Of a DNA stretch of 64,000 bases, positions 36,230 to 45,400 are shown piece by piece. Below the pieces are notes generated by a model, which saw only the letters and a program-made list of their open reading frames with translations, made no database searches and was not told the origin of the DNA. A program made the position numbers and the translations under genes. Source of the stretch: a virus (taxonomy: Duplodnaviria; Heunggongvirae; Uroviricota; Caudoviricetes); the IMG/VR virus record IMGVR_UViG_3300025711_000006, one strand, 5' to 3'. Every line of letters starts with the position of its first letter. Position 1 is the stretch's first letter.

Positions 36230-36636
36230 CTGCACGCTACGCCGCCGTGTTCTTCTCGTTCATGACTCTGATCGGATATGCCCTCCGTACTCAGCAGTTA
36301 GACTGGATTTACATCATCACACCGCTAGCTGGTTATACGCTGCATCAGGTAGTCAAGTCAATCAATTCATACCCTAAGAAGTATCGTACACTGAAGACGA
36401 TTAGGGCCCTCATGACGATCTTCCTCATGTTCTTCGTCACGCTCACCATCATGCAGCTCGATGGCGGGTCGATCTGGAAGATTGCCCAGAATGCAATACT
36501 GGTACTTGTATACGCTTTCGTCATTTACAGCAATGGGCGGGTTTACCGGAACGGGCTGGCCATTGACGCTGATATCCAGCGATGGAAAGATGAGATGGCG
36601 GCACGCGAACTGAAGTGGGCTGAGCTGTATAAATAA
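36226..36636 (+). CDS. transmembrane protein (136 aa)
   Basis: ATGA overlap; four hydrophobic segments. Confidence 0.5.
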   Translation: MTARYAAVFFSFMTLIGYALRTQQLDWIYIITPLAGYTLHQVVKSINSYPKKYRTLKTIRALMTIFLMFFVTLTIMQLDGGSIWKIAQNAILVLVYAFVIYSNGRVYRNGLAIDADIQRWKDEMAARELKWAELYK

Positions 36637-36664
36637 AGTCTTAGATAATTAGTGGGGGTCGGTA

Positions 36665-36898
36665 ATGTCGCAGGCAAAGCTACCACGTGGGGATAACGAT
36701 CTAAGAGACTTGGTTGCTTGGGCTAAGGCCCAGGGCTTTTCATGCGATGTATCTAAGGGGCAGCACTTAGTGTTTAGGCGACCCAACACCAAGCCGGTCT
36801 TCGCATCCAATACACCACGATGCACAAGGGCCAGAAAGAACACAATGAGAGACTTGAAGCATGCCCTGCTAGAGTCCCAGCAAAGAGAACTTTCTTAG
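36665..36898 (+). CDS. HicA/YcfA-like small protein (possible toxin-fold RNA-binding protein)
   Basis: 77 aa; LVAWAKAQGFSCDVSKGQHLVFRRPNTKPV resembles the HicA core (GF...kGSH..f..p); no HicB partner seen. Confidence 0.35.
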   Translation: MSQAKLPRGDNDLRDLVAWAKAQGFSCDVSKGQHLVFRRPNTKPVFASNTPRCTRARKNTMRDLKHALLESQQRELS

Positions 36899-36935
36899 AG
36901 GCAATAAAAAAGCCGCCCTATGGGCGGCTTGTCTT
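36898..36935. terminator. bidirectional terminator AGGCAATAAAAAAGCCGCCCTATGGGCGGCTTGTCTTTTGG
   Basis: Hairpin with A-run and T-run; separates plus cluster from the lysis cassette. Confidence 0.7.
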
Positions 36936-37211
36936 TTGGTCGATGAGAATCTTCAGGTATTTATTTGTTGTCTCCTGATTCTCAGATAGGGCTTTGATTC
37001 TTAGGTCAAGTAGGCCGACCATCCTACTCTCTGATAGTTGCAGCTCTGCATGAGAGACTGATTCTTTTTGCAAGGCAGTTACCCGGTCCTCCAGCTTCGA
37101 TATCTCGGTATATTGCCAGGATACAAAGGCCAGGACAAAGGGGAGCATCCACTTGCTGCTAAAGTCCAGCAGGGCTTTACCCACTGTACTCATTTCTCCG
37201 TTATCGGCCAT
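36918..37211 (-). CDS. membrane-anchored coiled-coil protein (97 aa)
   Basis: One TM (WMLPFVLAFVSW) plus coiled coil; last gene of lysis operon. Confidence 0.5.
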   Translation of the reverse strand: MADNGEMSTVGKALLDFSSKWMLPFVLAFVSWQYTEISKLEDRVTALQKESVSHAELQLSESRMVGLLDLRIKALSENQETTNKYLKILIDQKTSRP

Positions 37212-37212
37212 C

Positions 37213-37536
37213 TTATTTACTCTTATCTTTCGAAACTGGGAACGTACCGTCTACCCAATTCCTGAATGCCTCAATCTTATCGTTACATCCTTTTCCGATA
37301 AGCAAGTTTCTTGCGTATGCTTTTTCTAGGCCGTGTTCTTCATTCCAGTCCACCATTTCATACTGGCAACCGACCAGTAGATAGCGTGGTACTTGAATGT
37401 CACTTAGAACATCTGTTGTCGGCGGGGAAGGTGGAGCAGAAGGTGTTGTCGAGCAACTGGCGCCACTCAGCATCAGTAGCCCCACCATCACCAGCCCCGG
37501 CATGGCCCGAGAGAGCTTGTGTAGAGCTTGTTTCAT
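37213..37536 (-). CDS. o-spanin-like proline-rich outer-membrane lipoprotein candidate (Rz1-like)
   Basis: Internal start MKQALHKL; signal sequence ending LSGASC then PSAPPSPPTT; overlaps i-spanin in another frame. Confidence 0.45.
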   Translation of the reverse strand: MKQALHKLSRAMPGLVMVGLLMLSGASCSTTPSAPPSPPTTDVLSDIQVPRYLLVGCQYEMVDWNEEHGLEKAYARNLLIGKGCNDKIEAFRNWVDGTFPVSKDKSK

Positions 37537-37915
37537 GGTTAACCCCTGGGGTAGTACTGGCTGAAGCCTTCCGTTGCTGCGAGAGGGCCGTAAAGGACTT
37601 CTCCAGCTCATTCGACTTGCCGTTGAGTTGGTTGAGCGACTGAATGTATTGCTCGCTGGTCTGTGCGTTGTTCTTGTAGTTGTCGCGGAGGACTGAATAG
37701 TCCACAGACATTTGCTGCACCTGGGCCTGGAGCGTGCTTTGTGTAGCCTCCAGCTTAGTTACGTCCTGTTGCAGCGTGGACATTTGCCAGCCCTGCCACA
37801 CCATGAAGGCGACGGCACCCAGCAATAGTCCAAGTTTAATTTTGTTCCAGACGGTCGCTAGAGGCAGCGAACTAACGACTTTAATTAGTGCGTTCATCAG
37901 TAACGTCCTCGGCAC
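37400..37915 (-). CDS. i-spanin-like (Rz-like) protein
   Basis: N-terminal TM then periplasmic coiled coil (TLQQDVTKLEATQSTLQAQVQQ). Confidence 0.55.
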   Translation of the reverse strand: MPRTLLMNALIKVVSSLPLATVWNKIKLGLLLGAVAFMVWQGWQMSTLQQDVTKLEATQSTLQAQVQQMSVDYSVLRDNYKNNAQTSEQYIQSLNQLNGKSNELEKSFTALSQQRKASASTTPGVNHETSSTQALSGHAGAGDGGATDAEWRQLLDNTFCSTFPADNRCSK

Positions 37916-38147
37916 AACTGTGCTGCTTTACTTTATCCAAGTCATCAATCTCCTGATCTAAGAGCTTGCCTATGCCAAACATAATGGCGAACATGAACCC
38001 CCATCCCACCAGCCATGCAACAGCTAGTGTGTCGGTCAGAATTCCAAGTAGCGCTAGTCCGGCCATGGAGATGGCATTCAGGAGGTTGGCGATAAAGGAA
38101 TAGAGGTGGTAGTGACGGCAGAGGTGTTTGTAAAGCTTATTTCTCAT
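37881..38147 (-). CDS. holin/pinholin-like small membrane protein
   Basis: Two TM helices; probable start MRNKLYKH; overlaps 3' end of endolysin. Confidence 0.45.
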   Translation of the reverse strand: MRNKLYKHLCRHYHLYSFIANLLNAISMAGLALLGILTDTLAVAWLVGWGFMFAIMFGIGKLLDQEIDDLDKVKQHSCAEDVTDERTN

Positions 38148-38709
38148 TACCGTAACCCCACGATTGTAGGGTGGTGCGATAGTCTGAGGGTACTTCACCC
38201 ATGCAGTATTCGTATCGCTTTGTGGCTCGAATAACGAGCCCTGGCATCTTCGTCATCACACCATTCACACGACCATAGACCCACCTAGTAAGTTGCTCAC
38301 AGGCGGCGTCATAACGCTTAGCGTTAAGGTTGGTGAGGTAGGTAGATGATGCCACGCTGGTGATGCCCATATGGAAGGTGAAGTCGGTTCCACTTCCCTT
38401 CATCCACTCAGAGCGGTAGGGCACTTTAACCACGTTGTCTAGTTGCTTTTCGTGTGCTACCCAATCTTTGACGAACAGTGCAACGCACTCATCTTCGGTG
38501 TACTCTTTCTTGAGTACTTCACCCTTCCTGGCCATGTGGCCGATGCAGTAGGTTTTAAGTCCGACCGGATCAACATAGACATTCGTGTGAAACCCTTCAG
38601 AGGGCATTGTATGATCGACGGCAATCCAGGCACTAGGTGCGGATACACCGGCAGCAAGTAGGGCAGCAAACACCTTACGCCTAAGCGAACTTGTGATGTT
38701 TACTTTCAT
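38137..38709 (-). CDS. SAR endolysin, glycoside hydrolase family 24 (phage lysozyme)
   Basis: Catalytic triad spacing E-x8-D-x5-T (SEGFHTNVYVDPVGLKT); N-terminal Gly/Ala-rich weakly hydrophobic signal-arrest-release segment. Confidence 0.8.
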   Translation of the reverse strand: MKVNITSSLRRKVFAALLAAGVSAPSAWIAVDHTMPSEGFHTNVYVDPVGLKTYCIGHMARKGEVLKKEYTEDECVALFVKDWVAHEKQLDNVVKVPYRSEWMKGSGTDFTFHMGITSVASSTYLTNLNAKRYDAACEQLTRWVYGRVNGVMTKMPGLVIRATKRYEYCMGEVPSDYRTTLQSWGYGNEK

Positions 38710-38712
38710 CGG

Positions 38713-39078
38713 TTATCTACCTTGGTAGTAGAAGCGTCCGAACAGCCTAACTCCCGCATACATAAGCCCAGCTCTCCAGCGTGCTACACCGCATGCCCTT
38801 AGAGCACGGTAGAACACCTTATCAGCGTCTTTCCGCCCAATGCCTGAGTCACCATATAGGTAGTCATGCACAACAGCGGCAGGGAAGCCGTAGCTATCGA
38901 ACAGGGCCAGGATAAGGGGAATACGGGGGAGGGTTAGACCGTTCGTAGTGAAGCGGGCGGGGATTTCAATCGGCCCCTCTACCTCATCCACGAAGATATA
39001 AGGTTGCAGGAGCTTCCAGCTCTTAGAGCTGTTTATATACTGGACGTTTAGCGGCAGAGGGAATCCGTTGCTAATCAT
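38713..39078 (-). CDS. DUF1353-like protein
   Basis: 121 aa with HDYLY motif as I recall for DUF1353; adjacent to lysis genes. Confidence 0.45.
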   Translation of the reverse strand: MISNGFPLPLNVQYINSSKSWKLLQPYIFVDEVEGPIEIPARFTTNGLTLPRIPLILALFDSYGFPAAVVHDYLYGDSGIGRKDADKVFYRALRACGVARWRAGLMYAGVRLFGRFYYQGR

Positions 39079-39120
39079 TGTTTACCCTTATATGAAAAGA
39101 GGGGGCATAAGCCCCCTCAA

Positions 39121-39372
39121 TTACTCGCCAGACTCAGGTGTTTCTGGGTCTGTTGCAGTAATGGTTACAACCGCTGCGTACTCTTTCAGCACCTGGGCAA
39201 CAAATACTTTTGCTGTTGGCTGTTGAGTAAGAATGTCCCGAGCCCGTGCATCTGCTTCTGCCTGAGTGGCATAGCGGACCATGTTGCTTGCGTCGTAGAC
39301 GTTGGTTGAGTTGATTGCTACATATGGCATGTTTGAAACTTCCTTTTGTGTGATATTGGTTTTTGTTGCCAT
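39121..39372 (-). CDS. hypothetical protein (83 aa) downstream of J
   Basis: ORF. Confidence 0.4.
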   Translation of the reverse strand: MATKTNITQKEVSNMPYVAINSTNVYDASNMVRYATQAEADARARDILTQQPTAKVFVAQVLKEYAAVVTITATDPETPESGE

Positions 39373-39458
39373 TTAAAAATAGGGCCGAGCAGATGCCTGA
39401 CCCCTTACCTCTTAGTTGTGAGGCAGCAGCTATTACCCTGCTGCCTGTGTGAAGGGAA

Positions 39459-42400
39459 TTACCAGATTCCCATACGCACTCTTAGTACCCCATCAACAAC
39501 AACTTGAATGCCGTCTTGGTTGAATACAGAGTAAGTATTTGCCCGCGTTGGGTGCCGAGTAATAACGTTCCCGACGTTGAAGTCCTGTGTCATAACAGGG
39601 CCACCCCAGTTGGTCTGGTATGCTGAGTAGATGCCAGAGCCGATGATGGCGTTAGTTACCGTTGCCTTATTGATAAAGGCGTCAGCAATAAACGTTTGAC
39701 CGTTCTGTACAACAAACGGCGAAGTCGCTGTTCCGTTTACCGAGTTGAGAATTGCAAACCGGTCAGCAACAAAGAGCACTTGGCTCTGCATGCCGCTCGG
39801 CGTGTTCTCAATCCCGATACCCATACCGGCACCGTAGTACTGACCGTTTGAGTTCACCGCCAACTTCACACTATAAAGAGCGTTAAGCTTTCCATTCGTA
39901 GAAGACTGGGTAGACGAAAGTGTCGAGATACTAGACGTATGGCTTCCAACCGTACTGGTTAGGCTTGAAATCGACGATGCCTGCGCGGTAATAGTTGAAC
40001 CTTGCTGCGTTACTGTTGTAGCTAACGAAGTCAGGGCGCGGGCACTAGGCCCTGCAACAAACGGTGAAGGTGTAGTACCATCCACAACTTGTTTTTCCAC
40101 CATGATGGAATCGACGGTCAAGTTTGCACTTGCTGCACCATTGATATTCGGGTAGATCAAGAGTGAAACTTTTGCTCTTGTGGGGACTGTGATAATCCCT
40201 GATTGCCGAGTACGTGTAGTGGTGAAGTTGACTGCAATTTGCCGAGATGTAGTCATGTCGTACAAGTTGAACAGCGCCTGACCGGCAGTAGTGCCTCGCA
40301 TGTACATGGAAACAATGTAGTTTCCAGGCTCTAACGTCATGTTCGTTGCTGCTGTGTTGGTGGCGGACGCAAGGTAGAGGGCTGCATAAGTGTTACTGCT
40401 GCCTGTCGCTACCAAGTTAATCCCGTAACCTGAATCCGAGCCCGCAACGGCCACCCCAGTCGCTGTCAAGCCGCTTGGAACCACAGGCGGCAAGGTCGTG
40501 GAAGTCAACCAGCTATACTCATCACTCAGCAGGTTAGTACCAGTGCCTCCAATCCCGTTGAGGGAGTTAGTCAAACTGGTGATGCTACTGGATGCACTTG
40601 TTAGAGCACCTTCCGTAGAAGTTACGCGGTTGGTTAGTGCAGTCAATGCGGTAGCTTGGGCCGATACGGCACTTGCACTTGGGCCTGCAACAAACGGGCT
40701 AGCCGTTGTTCCTGGGCCTGTCTGCTTCTCAACCATCACGGAGTCAACAGTTACTTCCTGGCCGCTCACGCCGCTCATGTTGTAGTAGAACAACACAGCC
40801 ATTGTGCTTGGAGCCCCAATGGTTACGGTGTGGCTGTAACGTGTCCGAGTGGAAGTTACAGTCTGTGCTACTGAATACGCACTTGTCGTAGTTGAATACA
40901 GACGCATACGCACAGATGCAGTGGTTGGGGTTGAAGCGTAGAACGACACAATGTATGTGCCCGCTTCAATTGGCATGTTGAACCCGGCTACGTTGTTGGT
41001 AGGGCAGAGCATCAAGTAGCAGCCCGTCGAGGTGCTAGTTGAAGTCATCTTGTATCCGAAGCCTGAAGCAGACCCAGACACAGCTACACCAACAGTAGTA
41101 GTTGCACTACCGTTCGTTGTCGGCAACGCTACGGAAGTTAGCCAGCTATACTCATCTCTGAGCAAGTTGTTACCCGAGCCAGAGATTCCGCCAACTTGGT
41201 TTTGCAACGTCGTTACCGAAGAGCCCTGGGAAGTGATATTCCCTTCAGCAGTGGTTACACGTGACGTTAGAGCAGCGAGAGCAGAGCTATCGGCCTTGTT
41301 CGCCACTGTGTTGGTCAAGCTGGTGATCGAGGTGCCTTGACTTGTAATTGTCCCTTCCGCCGATGTTACTCGGGTATCCAGGGCAGACAGAGCCGTAGCT
41401 TGTGCTGAGTCCTGGGCGGCACGTTTACGAATCACAGGTGACGATACAAACACATCACTAGCGTTGCCCGCTGATACACGGAAGCACATCGCAATGCGGA
41501 TAACACCGGCTGGAATAACACGTGTTCCAGTCAGCTTCGTCCAAGTCGCAGCGGTGCTAGTCAGGCGCACACCGTCACCGCTTGCAGCCACCCAATCATG
41601 AGTGATCGAAGTACCGGCAGCGTCGTACATCTGAATCCAGATACCTACTTGGCGAGAGGCGCTTGTGTAAGCGTACATCTCGAAGTCGTATGTATCACCA
41701 GCCGCAACAACCATGTTATGAGTAACACCGGTTTCTGGAGCCTTGACGTTTGGAGTTACGATGAACCCCATGTACAAGTTGCTTGCACCTGTTGCTAGAG
41801 CCCACTTCAGTACCCGAGCGCTTGGGGATCCATCTGGTACACCGGCATCTGATCGAGCAACAACGGTAACAGCAGATTGGTTAGTGCCGTGACCAGCCGA
41901 GAACGTCGGGTCATTGACCAAGTTGTCTGTAGCAACCGAGCCAACACTTGATTGCAGGCTGGTAATCGAAGTGCCCTGGCTAGTGATCGTACCTTCTGCA
42001 TTTGTAACGCGGTTGGTTAGAGAACTTAGCGCCGTAGACTGTGCTTCGACTTGGCGAGCACTATTACCAACACTGAATGTGCTTGGCTCTGTACCAGTAC
42101 CAATCTGTTCTTCCAGCATGAAGCCGTCGTAGATGTGTGAGCTAGTTCCCGCAGTAGCGTTCTGGAAGACAAGGATCTGTGCATCACCCGCCACTGCTGC
42201 TGGAGTTGTAATCACCGCACTTACGCGGGTCCAGGTTGTGGTCACAGGCACTGTAGCTACTGCTACCTCTACAAATGATCCTGCTGCGTTTTTATAACGA
42301 AGGCGCAACTGTGAAGTCCTTGCCGCATCACCTTGAACCCAGAACGACATAATGTAGTTCTTAGTCGGCTTCAATTTCAGTGGGCAATCAGTTGAGGATG

Positions 42401-45400
42401 CTGTGAGATAGAAGTAATTGGACTGCGATACCGTGCTCACAACACGAAGAGCGTAGTTACCATACGCAGAGGTATTCGCCTCAGTTGTAATGGTGACGTT
42501 AGCCTGCTTGTGTTGCGTAGGTGCTGTGGCACCAAACACGGAGAACTCAGCGGGCATCAAGTTAACAGCAGCATTGATCCCATTGAAGGAGTTAGTCAGG
42601 CTGGTAATGCTCTGGCCCTGGCTTGTTACTGTTGTACCTTGTTGGGTCACAGTCGAAGTCAGAGAACTTAGAGCGCTTGATGTTGCGGCGATATCCGAGG
42701 CCAAGCCTTGACCGTTATCGTGCCAACCGCTTGCTTTAGAACCCGCCTCAACTTGAGGTCTTGCGAACTCAATTGTTCCGTTTGTGGCAGTAGCAGTCGT
42801 ACCGTATACGCGGTAGTAGATGTTCGCTTGAGTAGCATCAGCCGGGGCTGTTGCAGTCAAGGTGATACGTGATCCATCCACAGTGATCGGGGTCAAACTG
42901 CTCGACGGTGTTGAAAGCAGTGTTCCGGCAGCGTTTAGGAACTGGAAGTACAGTCGCATGTTCATCAGGCCAGCTTCAGCCATTCTACGAACATAGATGG
43001 ATGAAGTGAAGGTCTGCCCACCAGCAACCTTAGCCCGTGTTGTCGAAGTAGTTAGCAGCGACATATAAGGGGTAGAGCTAGTGATTCCTGTAATCGCTAC
43101 GCGCTGTGCGCGTTCGCCTGAGTTCATCCAAGATGTAACTAGGCTAGGATTCAGTCCCGCTGTGCCTTCTAGCTGCCAGCCTTCCGGCCAGTTCGCATTA
43201 GTTGCACTTGTACGGGTGAACGTCGGGTTGTACAGCAAGTTCTCAGCGCCTGCATCACCCAAAGCGTTATCCAGTTGCGTGATGTTGCTTGACGCAGTGG
43301 TGATATTGCCTTCTGCTGCTGTTACGCGGTTAGTCAGGGCGGTAAGGGCGGAAGCATCAGCCTTATTGCTCACAGTGTTAGTCAGGGATGTGATCGAGTT
43401 ACCTTGAGAGGTGATCGTGTTACCCTGGTTAGTTACTGTGGTAGTTAGGGCTGTAGTTGCATCAGCGTTGGCTTGATCCGCTGCTGTACGGCGGCGAATC
43501 ATAATGTTGCACCACAGTGATCGACCTACGTTGTCGGTCGTCTCATGGCGGATAACAATCCGGGCAGATACCGAACCTGCTGGAGCAGTGATGCTACCAG
43601 TGTAAGTCTGGAACCCGTTAGTGCCAGCCACACACTGCGCGCCAGTGTAGTAACCAATGTTCGCTGAGTTCTTATCAAAGAACTGCATCTGGAGGCGTGC
43701 CCACTGACCAGCAGTGAAGTAGTTGTTCCAGATATCCGCAGAGGTGTCGAATACTTCCCCTGGTGCTGTGATGATGTTGCGAGTAGTACCGCAGAAGCTA
43801 TTAGCGTAGAACTGGATAGCCTTACCGTATGCAGAGTGGGCTGTAATGCCTACTACGGTTGGATCGTTAGTCCAAGGACCGATATCACCATCCTCGAAAG
43901 TACCCTTCAGTACCAGATTATCTGGCGACTGTGAGAGCGACGATTGAAGCGCTGTGAGTGAGTTCCCTTGGCTAGTGATCGTGTTGCCCTGGGTGGTCAC
44001 TGTTGAGGTCAGACCGCTAATAGCGCTGCCCTGGCTAGTGATATTCCCCTCAGCCGTAGAAATACGGTTGGTTAGGCTTGTGATCGAGCTGCTTTGAGAA
44101 GTGATCGTGCCTTCAGCGGCTGTAACTCTGTTGGTCAGTGCCTGGAGTGCGGTCCCTTGTGCAGCGGCTTGCGTGTAGCTGCTTCCGCCGTTGTACGTGG
44201 ATGGCTCTGAGGATGCACCAACTTGCTTTTCAACCATGAACCGGTCGAAGTAAACTTCAGTACCCGATACACCTGAGTTGTTCGGCATGAGTGCGAAAGC
44301 CATACGGTTTCCGCTGAATGTCGAAGCGTTGGTTAGATCCATTACCGCGCTGTATCGAACCCAACTTGTGGTTAGGGTGATTAGAGCGGATACGGCGTTC
44401 ACCGCAACATCAGAACTATTCAATGCACGGAGGTATGCACGAATCTGGCGACCAGCAACGTTCGTCTTGGCGTAGAACGAGATAATGTATTTAGCATTAT
44501 CATAAGACATATTCCAGCCATCAGCAGTAGCGTTTGAAACATGCAAGTAGCAGGCAAGGGAGTTAGTAGCCAAAGAGCTAGTAAACTTCAGTGCGTAGCC
44601 ATTTTGGCATGCAGCATCAACCACCGTCGTGAAAGTCAGTCCTGCGTTGATTGCACCAATAGGCGGAACATTGGCCGAGAACACAGAGTACTCGGAAGGC
44701 ATCAAGTTAGTACCGTTACCACCAATCGCATTAACGCTGTTGGTTAGGTTGGTAATGCTCTGGCCTTGCGAAGTTGTTGTGCCTTCAACAGCAGTTACCC
44801 GGCTAGTCAGTGCTGTTACAGCGGAGCTGTCTGCCTTGTTCGCTACAGTGTTGGTCAAGCTAGTTAGTGCCGAACCTTGCGAAGTGATTGTGTTACCTTG
44901 CTGTGTAACTGTTGCAGTTAGAGCGGTTGTTGCTGCTGCGTTAGCAGCCTCACCAGCACTCTGAATAGCAACGCGCAAGTTGCCCAGCCACATCTTGAAG
45001 CCAACCGGGGAAACTGCTTCAGTCGCAAGATACACGCGGAATCCAGCAGATCCAGCAGGGAGTGTGTATTGCGTCGAGAGGGCTTGCCAGCCACCTGTTG
45101 CAGCAACGTAGCCCAGTACACGAACGTTACCTACGCTGATTGTGTTGCCTGCCGAATCGACCGGGGTAATGCAGAGCTTACCGGCGTTCGTAACAGCGTT
45201 TTCACAGAACATATGGCATGAGATATTAATTACATCTCCAGCGTTCGCCCTGGTGAAGATTTGATAGTCGTTCCCGATCTTGTTTGTGGAGGTAAGTACA
45301 ACACCGCCCCAGTTATTATCGGTTGCCTTCTTCAATCTCCACAGCAGTCTTCCAGCAGGTGGGTTAGCCGGTACACCACTGTCTGTGGCGTTGGCATAGT

